A DNA stretch of 56,922 nt, the filler included, from Actinomycetota bacterium (GTDB lineage: Bacteria > Actinomycetota > Acidimicrobiia > Spongiisociales > UBA4744): assembly GCA_013152275.1 (NCBI GenBank). It is 3 parts of 3 records of this genome, joined end to end, with 100 filler letters (N's around TTAATTAATTAA, not from the genome) between each part and the next. Parts side by side here need not be neighbours in the genome. Positions count along the whole stretch, not along the records: positions 1 to 30,880 come from JAADGS010000080.1; positions 30,981 to 44,690 come from JAADGS010000054.1; 1 more part is not named here. The stretch is one strand, 5' to 3'. Of this stretch, positions 20,684-31,000 are shown piece after piece. The notes beneath the pieces are model-generated. The model searched no databases, was not told the origin of the DNA, and saw only the letters and a program-made list of their open reading frames with translations. The position numbers and the translations under genes are program-made. The first letter of the stretch is position 1. The number at the start of each line of letters is the position of its first letter.

Positions 20684-22507
20684 TCAGTCTCTGGGGATGT
20701 CCTCGATGACCTGCCCACCCAACAGGCCCTCGACGAGCGCTCCCGGATCTGCGTCGGCAGGAGCCTCGGCGAGTTGATCCTTGTCGGGGGCCCGTTGATC
20801 GTTCACCTCGGCCGGCGCAGCGGTGCTCGACCGAAAGACAACCTGGACGGATCCTCCCAGCAGTTCACCCGCTCGGTCCGCGACGATTCTCGCGATGTGC
20901 GGATCGCCATTGATCTGTGCGAGATGGAAACCGAGATGCTCGGGAAGCACGAGCACGACCGTCGAACCTTCCACATGCCCGGGACTTGCCTCGCGGAACA
21001 TCGCGAGCCGTCGCGGGCCCAACTCGTCTCGAACGGCACCGACCAGTGCCGGCCATACCGATTCGAACTGCTCGATCGTCAGGCCTTCGATGGGAGGCAT
21101 GCTCTGCATGTCGAGCCGTTCGTCATCGCTCTCGATCGATCCCTGTTCAACGTCCCCCCTTGGCGCGTCCCCCCGAGGCGCGGCGTCCCCCCTTGGCGCG
21201 TCCCCCCGAGGCGCGGCGTCCCGGGACTTCGCCTTCGGTGCCGGCTCGGCCTTCGTCGTCTGGTCCGGCGTCGTCCCTGAATCATCGGCCCCGCCCGCCC
21301 GCACCGAACCGCCCGTCGGGGACCGCGTGGGTCGAGGCGCCGCCTGCTGCATACGCCGCACCTGCTGTTCGACCCGATCCATCCGAGCCGAGAAAGAGGC
21401 GACATCCACACTCGTCTCCGGCCGTGTCAGCTTGAGCAGGGCCAACTCGACCATCAGGCGCTCTTCACGACCTTCTCTGAGCCCCAGCAACGCTTCGCTG
21501 AGCCGGTCGACCGCACGCAGCACCTCCGGCGGCGGCAGCTCCCGTGCCACCTTCCGCCACTCATCCAGCGTTGCCTCGGGTTCATCGGCCACCTCGGCCA
21601 GATTCGGTGCGTAGTGGGCGAGGAACACACCGCGGAAGTAGCCGAGAGCCTCGGACACGAATCGTCTCAGATCAACACCTTGGGATGAGAGTTCCGCGAC
21701 GAGTTCGAGCGCCGCCTTCGCATCCTGGCTCGTGATGGCCGACGAGAGCCGAGAGAATGCTTCACCGTCGGCGAGACCCAAAGCCCGGTTCACCCCGTGG
21801 GCCTCCACTTTCCCCTCGCCGAGCGCCGCAACCTGTTCCAGCAGACTGAGCGCGTCGCGGACCGAACCCCTCGCACGACGAGCGACGGCCGTCAAGGCAA
21901 GATCGGTCGCCTCGTAGCCTTCCAAGCCGCTGATGCGACGCAGGTGCGCGACGAGCACCCCGACCGGCACCTGGCGGAAATCAAACCGCTGAGAGCGACT
22001 CCGAATGGTGTCGAGCAGCTTGTACGGCTCCGTGGTGGCAAGCACGAAATGGACATGCTCTGGTGGCTCTTCGAGTGTCTTCAGCAATGCGTTGCCTGCG
22101 GCCTTGGACAGCATGTGGGCCTCGTCGAGGATGAACACCCGCTTCGCCCCACCGACCGAGGCGACGGTCGAGACACTTACCCGCATCTCTCTGATATCTT
22201 CCACGCTGTTGTGGGAGGCGGCGTCGAGTTCGATCACGTCCAGCGAGGATCCCTCCGTGATCGCCACACACGACGGGCACACTCCGCACGGTTCACCCTC
22301 GGAGTTGCGATCCGGACAGTTCAGCGACTTGGCGAGTACTCTCGCAGTAGTCGTCTTTCCGGTACCCCGGGGTCCCGCAAAGAGGTAGGCATGGGCGACA
22401 CGTCCCTCCCCGATCTCTCGCGCGAGAGTCTCGGTGATGTGATCCTGGCCCACGATTTCCGAGAAGCGTTGCGGCCGGTATTTGCGGTAGAGCGCCTGAT
22501 AGTCCAC
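20684..22507 (-). CDS. dnaX: DNA polymerase III subunit gamma/tau
   Basis: YQALYRKYRPQ, HAYLFAGPRGTGKTT, ELDAASHN, ILDEAHML, ALLKTLEEPP; GTG start. Confidence 0.96.
   Translation of the reverse strand: MDYQALYRKYRPQRFSEIVGQDHITETLAREIGEGRVAHAYLFAGPRGTGKTTTARVLAKSLNCPDRNSEGEPCGVCPSCVAITEGSSLDVIELDAASHNSVEDIREMRVSVSTVASVGGAKRVFILDEAHMLSKAAGNALLKTLEEPPEHVHFVLATTEPYKLLDTIRSRSQRFDFRQVPVGVLVAHLRRISGLEGYEATDLALTAVARRARGSVRDALSLLEQVAALGEGKVEAHGVNRALGLADGEAFSRLSSAITSQDAKAALELVAELSSQGVDLRRFVSEALGYFRGVFLAHYAPNLAEVADEPEATLDEWRKVARELPPPEVLRAVDRLSEALLGLREGREERLMVELALLKLTRPETSVDVASFSARMDRVEQQVRRMQQAAPRPTRSPTGGSVRAGGADDSGTTPDQTTKAEPAPKAKSRDAAPRGDAPRGDAAPRGDAPRGDVEQGSIESDDERLDMQSMPPIEGLTIEQFESVWPALVGAVRDELGPRRLAMFREASPGHVEGSTVVLVLPEHLGFHLAQINGDPHIARIVADRAGELLGGSVQVVFRSSTAAPAEVNDQRAPDKDQLAEAPADADPGALVEGLLGGQVIEDIPRD
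21151..21222. repeat. 33-bp in-frame tandem duplication in the dnaX linker
   Basis: CGTCCCCCCTTGGCGCGTCCCCCCGAGGCGCGG at 21151-21183 and 21184-21216; encodes (A)APRGD four times. Confidence 0.9.
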
Positions 22508-22664
22508 TGATGGCGATGGTAGCGGGGACTGATGACAGCAGTCAGAGGGAGGCCGACAGCCGACGAGTAACGGCCGGCAATTGGTCGTTTGCAGCGACCC
22601 GCGTACGTTTTCTCCCCACAAGTTCGCGTCCCTGGCGGCCGATACGCTACGAAACAGGAGTTCC

Positions 22665-23489
22665 GTGAACCAGACACCAGACGCCCCCGACACGGGCACG
22701 AAGGCCCAAGACGCCTCGCCGACCCGAACCCCTGCCGTGTGGGCTCACGGTCTCGTACGGCGGTTCGGCAAGAACCTGGCCGTCGACAACGTGAGCCTCT
22801 CGATCGACCGTGGGGAGTTCTACGGACTGCTCGGACCGAACGGTGCCGGCAAAACCACGACGATCAAGATGATCGTGGGTCTCCTTCGGCCCACGGCGGG
22901 CACCGCAGGCATCAACGAATTCGAGACGTGGCGTCAGCCGATCGAGGTCAAGCGAAGAGTCGGCGTCCTCCCCGAGGAGTTCAACCTCTACGATCGCCTC
23001 ACCGGTTCCGAACTCCTGGACTTCACCGCGGCACTTCATCACATCTCCAAGAGAGATGCCGTCTCGCGTCGTCGTGAGCTGCTCCACCTGCTCGATCTCG
23101 AAGACTCGGCGTCGGTGCTCATCGCCGACTACTCACGAGGGATGCGCAAGAAGCTGGCGCTCGCTGCGGCAGTCATCCACGCTCCCCCGGTCCTGTTCCT
23201 CGACGAGCCGTTCGAAGGCGTCGATCCCATCAGCGCACGCCTCATCCGACGACTACTCCAGAGGTACACGGCCCAAGGATCCACGGTCGTATTCTCATCC
23301 CACGTAATGGACTTGGTGGAGCGGCTGTGTACCAGAGTCGGGATCATGCTGCACGGCAAGCTGGTGGCCGAAGCGACTCCGACTGATCTCAAGGCGCAAC
23401 ACGGATCGATGGAAGAAGCATTCCTTTCGACAGTGGGAGCCGAAGACCTCGGCGAAGGACTCGGATGGTTAACCGCCTCGTCTGGCTGA
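22665..23489 (+). CDS. ABC transporter ATP-binding protein
   Basis: GPNGAGKTT, YSRGM, FLDEPFEG, SSH; GTG after CAGGAG. Confidence 0.93.
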   Translation: MNQTPDAPDTGTKAQDASPTRTPAVWAHGLVRRFGKNLAVDNVSLSIDRGEFYGLLGPNGAGKTTTIKMIVGLLRPTAGTAGINEFETWRQPIEVKRRVGVLPEEFNLYDRLTGSELLDFTAALHHISKRDAVSRRRELLHLLDLEDSASVLIADYSRGMRKKLALAAAVIHAPPVLFLDEPFEGVDPISARLIRRLLQRYTAQGSTVVFSSHVMDLVERLCTRVGIMLHGKLVAEATPTDLKAQHGSMEEAFLSTVGAEDLGEGLGWLTASSG

Positions 23490-25069
23490 AATGGCGACTT
23501 CTCGTGAACGGTCTCAAGCGAGACCGGCAACGCACCGTCGGGTTCCCCCTCGTCGTGCTGCTCATCCTCTGGGTGTCCTTCTGGCTCTCCGAGCATTTTG
23601 TGAACACTGCACTCTCGCTACCCGGCGAAGCGAGGGAGGAGTTCACCTACTGGGCCGCCCTCATCGCATGGCTGGCGTGGGCGACACTCCCGGTTCTTCT
23701 CTTCCCCCTCGACGAGACGCTCGACCCTGCGCGATTCTCCCTTTCTCCGATCCCTCGCGGAAAACTGATGGTCGGCCTCACGGCCGCCGCCCTCGTGACG
23801 CCGACACTCCTGGTCCCAATCGTTCTCCTCGCGGATGATCTCCTTCTCTTCGCGCACGGACCGATAAGGGCGATCGCCTGGCTAGGTTCGGCGCTGCTCC
23901 TCCTGCTCATGGTCGTCACCGGACGGGCGTTCTCGAGTCTTGTCACAAGAGTCCTTCGCGGCCGGCGCGGCCGAGATCTTGCCATGCTGCTCGTCGGCAC
24001 GCTCGGCGTCGCAGGCTTCGGTCTTCAACAGTTGCTCTCCAGAACCATCGACACACTCGGCATGGAAACGGCGGTGCTGTCCCACCCGCTCTCATCGGTC
24101 GCATGGGCTCTGCCCCCTGTGGCCGCCCAACGTGCGATCACCGAGGCCGGCTCCGGCAACTGGGGTGGGGCAATCACGATGCTGACGGTCGGTGTCGGAT
24201 GGCTGCTGCTGATCGTGAGCGGCTGGGAACGGCTCCTCAGACATCTCACTACGACCCCGGAGGCCGTGACTGCACCGATGGCGCGCAGGAACGGGCACGG
24301 TTTTGCTCGCCTCCCCGGCTGGTCTCCGCCGCTGCTCATCGCAAGAAAAGAGATCCGCTTCTATCTTCGAGATCCCCGACAGCGGATGGTTTGGACCGGG
24401 GCCGTTATCTTCCTCGGAGTCATCGCGGCCTCGATCCTCGTAGGTACCGCAACCCTCTCCTTGCTGCAGAACAGTGTCTGGCTCCCGCTGCTCGGACCGC
24501 TGGTCGTCATCTTCGTCGGACTTCCGGTGGCACTGAACCAGTTCGGGTGGGAACGCAACGCCGCCTCGTTCCTGTTCGCCCTCCCCGTTCGCCCTCTACA
24601 GATGATCATCGGCAAGAATCTGGCAACGTCCTCCGCAGTCCTCCTCGAAACACTCACACTCTCCGTCATCCTCGCCGGAGTCGCAGACGCCTGGAACGTC
24701 CTCTGGCTCATCCCGCCGCTTGCCCTCACCGCAGCCGCATGCCAGCTCTCGGTCGGCAATGTCGTCTCGGTCCTCGCACCGTTGCGCCTGCCGAATGTCG
24801 GGACCGATATGTTCGCTCAAGCGTCGGAACAGGGCTGCCTTTCGGTCGGAGCACAGGTGGTGTCGTTCTTCGTGATCACCCTGCTGATGGTCGGGCCGAT
24901 CTCTGCGTTTGCACTCGTCGTGTCCTTCGGCCAGGCGCTCTCCCCGTGGATCGCCATCGTCGGTTCGCTGCTATGGGGAACGATCGTCTACGGAATCGGC
25001 TTGCTCATCTCCAGCAAGGTGCTGGCACGAAGGGTGCCGGAGATCGTGGCCCTGGTCCAGACGATGTGA
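23465..25069 (+). CDS. ABC-2 type exporter permease
   Basis: About 12 TM helices, DETLDPARF, KEIRFYLRDPR, NQFGWE, GKNLA; coupled to the ATPase. Confidence 0.8.
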   Translation: MVNRLVWLKWRLLVNGLKRDRQRTVGFPLVVLLILWVSFWLSEHFVNTALSLPGEAREEFTYWAALIAWLAWATLPVLLFPLDETLDPARFSLSPIPRGKLMVGLTAAALVTPTLLVPIVLLADDLLLFAHGPIRAIAWLGSALLLLLMVVTGRAFSSLVTRVLRGRRGRDLAMLLVGTLGVAGFGLQQLLSRTIDTLGMETAVLSHPLSSVAWALPPVAAQRAITEAGSGNWGGAITMLTVGVGWLLLIVSGWERLLRHLTTTPEAVTAPMARRNGHGFARLPGWSPPLLIARKEIRFYLRDPRQRMVWTGAVIFLGVIAASILVGTATLSLLQNSVWLPLLGPLVVIFVGLPVALNQFGWERNAASFLFALPVRPLQMIIGKNLATSSAVLLETLTLSVILAGVADAWNVLWLIPPLALTAAACQLSVGNVVSVLAPLRLPNVGTDMFAQASEQGCLSVGAQVVSFFVITLLMVGPISAFALVVSFGQALSPWIAIVGSLLWGTIVYGIGLLISSKVLARRVPEIVALVQTM

Positions 25070-25191
25070 GGCTCACTTCGTTCGCTGTACTCGGTATCGG
25101 GTACTTCGTATCGCGACGCTACGTCGATGCAAGACCGCAGGGCGAACGTACCCGAAAACCGGAGACTCTTTCCTCGTCTACTCTCCTCGTC

Positions 25192-25709
25192 GTGACCTCT
25201 CTACGGCTCGGCATCGATCTCGACGGCGTCGTCGCCGACTTCAACGCCGGCTGGATCGACCGATACAACACCGAGTTCGAGGCCGAACTGCCGCTCCACT
25301 CCGTACAGTCCTGGAATGGGCTGCACACCCTGACCCACTTCCGGAACGACCGTGAGTTCTGGGCATGGGCACAAGGACACGGCGGTGGAAGCATCTTTCG
25401 ACATCTCGATCTGTACCAAGACGCACTCGAGACTCTCGAAGCCCTGAGCGCTGCCGGGCATCACATCGTCATCGTCACATCCAAGCCCGGGTGGGCCATC
25501 CACGACACATTCGCATGGCTGGCCGACAGGCACATCCCGACCAGGGAAGTTCATATCATCGAGGCCAAGTGGCAGGTCCCCTGCGACGTCTACCTCGACG
25601 ATGCGCCCCACCAGATCCGGCGCCTCGTGGCCGAACGTCCCGGGGCCACGGTCTGTCGTTTCGTCCGTCCGTGGAACGAGCCGGTCGATCACACGGTGGA
25701 CGTGCACTC
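25192..25709 (+). CDS. 5'(3')-deoxyribonucleotidase, NT5C-like HAD (3' end lost in N gap)
   Basis: LGIDLDGVVADF, IVTSKP, DVYLDDAP, RPWN. Confidence 0.85.
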
Positions 25710-25800
25710 NNNNNNNNNNNNNNNNNNNNNNNNNNNNNNNNNNNNNNNNNNNNNNNNNNNNNNNNNNNNNNNNNNNNNNNNNNNNNNNNNNNNNNNNNNN
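25710..25800. other. Scaffold gap
   Basis: Run of N. Confidence 0.99.
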
Positions 25801-25840
25801 CGCGCAACGCAGAACTCGTCCACGAGCAAGGAAGGGCGGA

Positions 25841-26949
25841 ATGAAGAGCTGGAGATTCCTGCTGCTCGTCGCAGTATTCGCAATGATTGCTGCCGCATGC
25901 GGTGGTGGAGCAACGACAACGACCGCGGCACCAACGGCCACGACCGCCGCGACAACGACCACGACCGCCGCGACAACAACGACCGCGGCACCAACGACTA
26001 CAACCGAGGCGCCGCCACCGGCCATCGGGACCCCTGAGAACCCAATCAAGGTGTTGTTCGTCCCATCGGTCGACGCGCAAGTGATCGTCTCCGGATCATG
26101 GCGGACGCCCTGAAGCAGGCCACTGGCCTCGATTTCGAGGTGAGCGTCCCGACGTCCTACGCGGCAACTATCGAAGAGATGTGTGCATCGCCGGCCAACA
26201 CGATGGGATTCATCCCGGGGCTTGGCTATGTCCTCGCCTCTGAGCGTTGTGGTGTCGACGTTGCCTTCAAGGCGGTTCGGTACGGTCACTCCGTTTACTG
26301 GGCGCAGATCATCGTGCCCCGCGACAGCGGCTACACGCAACTCTCCGACCTCGACGGCAAGACATGGGCATACCCGGACACAGCCTCGACCTCGGGCTAC
26401 ATGGTGCCGACCCTCATGTTCAATGAAGCCGACGTCACACCCGGTGAGAAACTCGAGACCGGCGGTCATGGTGCCACCGTCCTCGCCGTCTACCGCGGCG
26501 ATGCAGACTTCGGCACGACCTACTTCTCGCCGCCGCTCATGCCGGACGGGAACTGGGAGGTGGGCATGAGCCCGGACATCCCGGATGATCTCGTGAGTTC
26601 CTGCGCACCGACGGAAGACGGAAAGAAGCTGATGTGTGGTGACTGGCGTGTGCTCGACGCACGTGCGAGCGTCCGCACCGATGCTCCCGATGTCATCCAA
26701 AAGGTGAAGATCATGATGATCTCGCCTTCGATTCCGAACGACACTCTGTCCTTCGGTCCGAAGTTCCCGAAGGACGTGCGCAAGCAGATCGAAGATGCGC
26801 TCGTCGCGTTCTCGAAGACGGACGCATGGGATGAGTCGATCGGTAACCAGGACTTCTACGGATGGACCGGCATCGAGCCGGCAAAGGACTCCGAGTACGA
26901 CAACCTGCGCAAGATCGTTGCCCTCGTCGGCTACACGCCGGGAGGCTGA
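25841..26949 (+). pseudogene. phnD: PhnD-like phosphate/phosphite/phosphonate-binding lipoprotein, frameshifted near 26095
   Basis: Lipobox MIAAAC, Thr-rich linker and FVPSVDAQVIVSG in one frame; IMADALKQATGL...SYAATIEEM...ASTSGY...IPND continues in another. Confidence 0.8.
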
Positions 26950-26970
26950 TCAGATCCGCAGATGAGACGC

Positions 26971-27005
26971 CAAGATGGGGCAGGGACACACCCTGCCCCA
27001 TCTTG
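26971..27005 (+). terminator. Intra-operonic stem-loop after the binding-protein gene
   Basis: Perfect 15-bp stem CAAGATGGGGCAGGG/CCCTGCCCCATCTTG, 5-nt loop. Confidence 0.8.
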
Positions 27006-27035
27006 TGAGCAGGAACCACGATCGACGGATAGGGA

Positions 27036-27788
27036 ATGCTGAAAGTCGAACACCTCACCAAGGTCTATGAGGGGGGCACGCTCGCCCTCGAAGACGTCAA
27101 CTTCGAAGTCCCGGACGGAGAGTTCCTCGCCGTGATCGGCCTGAGTGGCTCCGGCAAGTCCACACTGCTGAGATGCATCAACCGTCTGATCGAACCAACG
27201 GAAGGTCGCATCACCTGGAACGGCATCGACATCACCGCCGCTCCGCAAGATCAGCTCCGTCGCATCCGGCGCCGCATCGGCATGGTGTTCCAACACTTCA
27301 ATCTGGTCCACCGGTCGAAAGTCCTCACGAACGTTCTCCAAGGCAGCCTCGGGTATGTCAACCCGGTGCTCAGTGTCGTCAACTCGTTTCCCAAAGAGCA
27401 GGTCCAACGGGCGCTTGCACAGCTCGATCGCGTGGGCCTGAGAGATCAGGCCCACAAACGCGCCGACGAACTCTCCGGCGGCCAACAACAGCGGGTCGGT
27501 GTGGCCCGAGCCATGATGCAGAACCCGGAGATGGTCCTCGCCGACGAACCCGTCGCAAGTCTCGACCCGGTGCTGGCGCACTCGATCATGCAGTACCTCG
27601 AAGTGATCAACAGAGACGACAACGTCACGGTGCTCTGCTCATTGCACTTCCTCGATCTCGTCCACCGCTATGCCGACCGCGTCATCGCACTCAAAGACGG
27701 CCACGTCGTCTTCGAAGGCCCGCCCGTCGATATCGACGACGAGAGATTCAAAGAGATCTACGGGAAGGAGGCCGAGCGCGTTGGCTGA
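27036..27788 (+). CDS. phnC: Phosphonate-type ABC transporter ATP-binding protein
   Basis: [45 protein letters not shown]. Confidence 0.93.
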   Translation: MLKVEHLTKVYEGGTLALEDVNFEVPDGEFLAVIGLSGSGKSTLLRCINRLIEPTEGRITWNGIDITAAPQDQLRRIRRRIGMVFQHFNLVHRSKVLTNVLQGSLGYVNPVLSVVNSFPKEQVQRALAQLDRVGLRDQAHKRADELSGGQQQRVGVARAMMQNPEMVLADEPVASLDPVLAHSIMQYLEVINRDDNVTVLCSLHFLDLVHRYADRVIALKDGHVVFEGPPVDIDDERFKEIYGKEAERVG

Positions 27789-29660
27789 CCAAGGACCCAC
27801 CAAGCGCGGTCTCCGCCACTCGCTCCTCGTCGCGCTCATCATCATCGCCGGTGTCGCTTCGGTGTCACCAAGGTCGACCTCAGTGAGATCAAGTCCGAGA
27901 CCCGACGCGCCCAGCTGACCCGAGTGCTGCGTGCCCTTGCCCGTCCCGACCTCCTGACGTATGAACGTATCGACACGAACACCGACGTCCCCTTCTACAT
28001 GCCCTGTCCACCGGGAGGATTCACGCCACCCGAGCAGGATCCGTTCTCGCGTCATATCACCGTCGACCCTCCCTGTGTGACGCCGGGGGACGACATCACC
28101 GTGCACGGTACGCACTTCTCGCCGAACGCCAGAGTCACACTGTATCTCGTCCCACCCTCGGGCGATCTCAAGCTGACACTCAGCCAGAGATTCCTGGCGG
28201 ACGGGAACGGCGAGTTCACCCAGACCGTCTCCACGAGAGAGCGGCCCTCGGATCAGCAGCAGACCATTCGAGCGATCACTCGTGAACCCATAGGCACGAT
28301 CTTCAATCGTGCCGACGTTCAGATAACCACCGCCACCGGCACCACGCTCACCGTGAAATCGCCGCGCGTCTCGCAGTCGGCGAAGGACACCTGGGACAAG
28401 ATCATAGAGACCGTCTTCCTGGCCCTGCTGGCCACGACGCTCGGTGTGTTCATCGCCGTTCCCCTGTCGTTTCTCGCCGCGAGGAATCTGATGAAGGACA
28501 TCAAGATTCCGTTGGTGAAACTGGCCCTGCAACTGGTCGCGATTCCCGTTGGTGCCGCCATCGGGATCATTCTGGCCCGGTGGGCACAAGACTTCAGCGC
28601 GGTGTTCACAGGCCATGCTCTGCTTGTGGTCTTCGGACTCGTCGTCCTGCCGGCCCTCGTGTATATGGCTCTGCGATGGTCGTTCCCCGCCGTCGAGGAT
28701 GAACCCCCGACGCTTGGGCTTCGAATCAGTCGAAGCATCGTGCTGACCGTCGCTTCGGTAGTCGGCATCACGGTCCTGTTCCTGACGGCCGACCTCCTCA
28801 ACCGGGTAGGCAGCTGGTTGGCGCCACGGCTCGCCGACTTTTCTTTCATCGGAGGTTTCGCTTCCACGATCGGTGACATCCTCGCCGCAATCATCACCGT
28901 GATCACCGCCCTCTTGGCCGCGGGAGTGCTCTCGAACATGGGTGGGCGACTCGCCATCTGGCTCCAGGGGCACCTGCCTAGTCGGGTTCTCCGCCCCCTT
29001 GCACTGCCACTGATGGCGCTGGCCGGTGCGGTGATCTTCCTGCTCATCGCCCAGGGAATCTCATGGCTGTACAGGATCAACGACCCACTCAAGATCTTCT
29101 GGGTACCCGGAGCGGTCGGTGGGGTGCTGGGCCTGCTCCTCGCCTGGCGCAAGTACAAGCAGGAGGTCGTGAACATCGGGTTGACGATCTACTACATGGC
29201 ACGGACCACCTTCAACGGCATCCGATCGATCGAGCCGTTGGTGATGGTGATCGTGTTCGTGGTCTGGGTCGGTATCGGGCCGTTCGCAGGGTCCCTGGCC
29301 CTGGCGCTGCATACGATCGCCTCACTTTCAAAGCTGTATTCCGAGCAGGTGGAGAGCATCCTTCCCGGACCGCTCGAGGCCGTGCAAGCGACCGGTGCGA
29401 CTCGATTGCAGACGGTCGTCTACGCGGTGATCCCGCAGATCGTTCCGCCGTACATCTCCTTCACGTTGTACCGCTGGGACATCAACGTCCGCATGTCGAC
29501 GATCATCGGGTTCGCCGGTGGGGGCGGTATCGGGTTCCTGCTTCAGCAGAACATCAGACTGCTCAACTACCAGGCGGCGTCGGTGAACATGCTGGCGATC
29601 GCCATCGTGGTGGCATCGATGGACTACCTCAGCTCGAGGGTGCGGGAACGCATCGTGTAA
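27781..29660 (+). pseudogene. phnE: Large PhnE-like permease, frameshifted near 27857
   Basis: TTG start overlaps phnC stop ([10 protein letters not shown]...LIIIAGV); frame changes to FGVTKVDLSE...; C-terminal KLYSEQVE, EAVQATGA, YRWDINVRMSTIIGFAGGGGIG. Confidence 0.8.
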
Positions 29661-29666
29661 CCAAGC

Positions 29667-29712
29667 CTTCGTCGATGCCGGCCAGACCAAGTCGGGCCGG
29701 CATTGAGGAGAA
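29667..29712. repeat. REP-like hairpin (TCRATGCCGGC...GCCGGCATTGA family)
   Basis: CTTCGTCGATGCCGGCC...GGCCGGCATTGAGGAG; related to copies at 30739, 30800 and 47770. Confidence 0.7.
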
Positions 29713-29718
29713 CACGGG

Positions 29719-30738
29719 ATGTCTAGCCTTCACCCCATGAGTGCCATGATCCGCCGCACCCGCGACGTGCGAGAGCAGCAGGAACGCGATCTGCTTGCGC
29801 CCGCCGCGACGAGGTCAACGGACTCCAAAGGGCGCGAGCATCCCGAAGAGCCCGACACATACCGCACCGCGTTCGAACGTGACCGGGATCGAATCCTCCA
29901 CACCAAGGCATTCCGGCGCCTCAAACACAAGACGCAGGTGTTCATCAACCCGGAGGGAGACCACTACGTCACCCGACTGACACATACGCTCCAGGTGACC
30001 CAGGTCGGTCGAGCGATGGCCGCCGACCTGGGGCTGAACGAGGAGTTGACCGAGGCGATCTGCCTCGGTCACGATGTCGGACATTCACCGTTCGGGCACA
30101 CCGGGGAGGAGGCGCTGTCTCCCTACGTGCAAGGCGAATGGCTGCACTCGGAGCAGAGCATCAGAGTGCTTCGTGTGCTGGAGCCGGTGAACCTGACGTG
30201 GGAAGTTCTCGATGGAATCCGCGCCCACTCGTGGAAGGTCGGTCAGGGCCCGGCAACGCCGGAAGGTCACCTCTGCCGGTTTGCCGACCGGATCGCCTAC
30301 CTCACCCACGACGTCGACGACGCCCTTCGTGCCGACGTGATCTGCCGCGAAGATCTTCCCGGTCGGGCACTCGAGGTGTTCGGCGAGCCGGGATCGGATT
30401 GGATCAACACGATGATCGACGCGGTCGTCGACGAGTCGATACGTCAAGGATCCGTGGTCATGGAACCCACCGTCGCCGAGACCATGCAGGAGCTGCGCGA
30501 CTTCATGTTCGAACGGGTGTACCTGCGACCGGATGCGCGCCCACAACGGGAACGCGCCATCGCCGTGATCAGGAATCTGGTCGACTATTTCATCGCGCAT
30601 CCGGAGGAGGTACCCGACACCTACCGCCTCGACGATGCTGCTGCGGTAGAGCGAGCGATCGACTACGTGTCCGGGATGACCGACAGGTACGCGTTGCGGG
30701 TCCACGACGACCTGTTCCGCCCCGAGGGGATCGACTGA
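29719..30738 (+). CDS. dgt: dGTP triphosphohydrolase-like HD protein
   Basis: RTAFERDRDRI, FRRLKHKTQVF, TRLTH, GHDVGHSPFGHTGE, ADRIAY, DYVSGMTD; start uncertain (29719/29737/29746). Confidence 0.92.
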   Translation: MSSLHPMSAMIRRTRDVREQQERDLLAPAATRSTDSKGREHPEEPDTYRTAFERDRDRILHTKAFRRLKHKTQVFINPEGDHYVTRLTHTLQVTQVGRAMAADLGLNEELTEAICLGHDVGHSPFGHTGEEALSPYVQGEWLHSEQSIRVLRVLEPVNLTWEVLDGIRAHSWKVGQGPATPEGHLCRFADRIAYLTHDVDDALRADVICREDLPGRALEVFGEPGSDWINTMIDAVVDESIRQGSVVMEPTVAETMQELRDFMFERVYLRPDARPQRERAIAVIRNLVDYFIAHPEEVPDTYRLDDAAAVERAIDYVSGMTDRYALRVHDDLFRPEGID

Positions 30739-30847
30739 TTCTCGTCAATGCCGGCGTCGCTATCCGACGCTCCCATTGACAGGAAATACAGGGGTTGGTT
30801 TCTCGTCAATGCCGGCGTCGCCATTCGACGCTCCCATTGACAGGAAA
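30739..30847. repeat. Two direct copies of a 48-bp palindromic REP-like unit
   Basis: 30739-30786 and 30800-30847 differ at 2 loop positions; each folds GTCAATG/CATTGAC plus GCGTCG/CGACGC. Confidence 0.9.
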
Positions 30848-30854
30848 CAAACGG

Positions 30855-30880
30855 AGGGCGGGCCCCGAAGAGCCCGCCCT
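30855..30880. terminator. Intrinsic terminator-like hairpin at contig end
   Basis: AGGGCGGGC/GCCCGCCCT stem preceded by an A-rich tract. Confidence 0.65.
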
Positions 30881-30980
30881 NNNNNNNNNNNNNNNNNNNN
30901 NNNNNNNNNNNNNNNNNNNNNNNNTTAATTAATTAANNNNNNNNNNNNNNNNNNNNNNNNNNNNNNNNNNNNNNNNNNNN
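30881..30980. other. Artificial contig linker
   Basis: N-flanked TTAATTAATTAA (stops in all six frames). Confidence 0.97.
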
Positions 30981-31000
30981 AGGGGAAGGAAGAAGCGGCG

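Noticed and set aside
22511..22545. Fluoride-riboswitch-like words GGCGATGG...CTGATGAC
   Set aside because: Lacks the complementary TCGCC stem and pseudoknot partner and is not upstream of crcB; no such motif precedes the crcB genes either.
22508..22664. SRP RNA (ffs) or tRNA-Ser often found upstream of dnaX
   Set aside because: No SRP loop motif or tRNA cloverleaf is visible.
30739..30847. Possible CRISPR mini-array
   Set aside because: Only two 48-bp units with a 13-bp spacer, no cas genes, and related single hairpins occur elsewhere; it fits a REP-like family.
30881..30980. TTAATTAATTAA palindrome, also within 44691-44790
   Set aside because: Artificial six-frame-stop linker between contigs; no biological meaning and no synteny across it.
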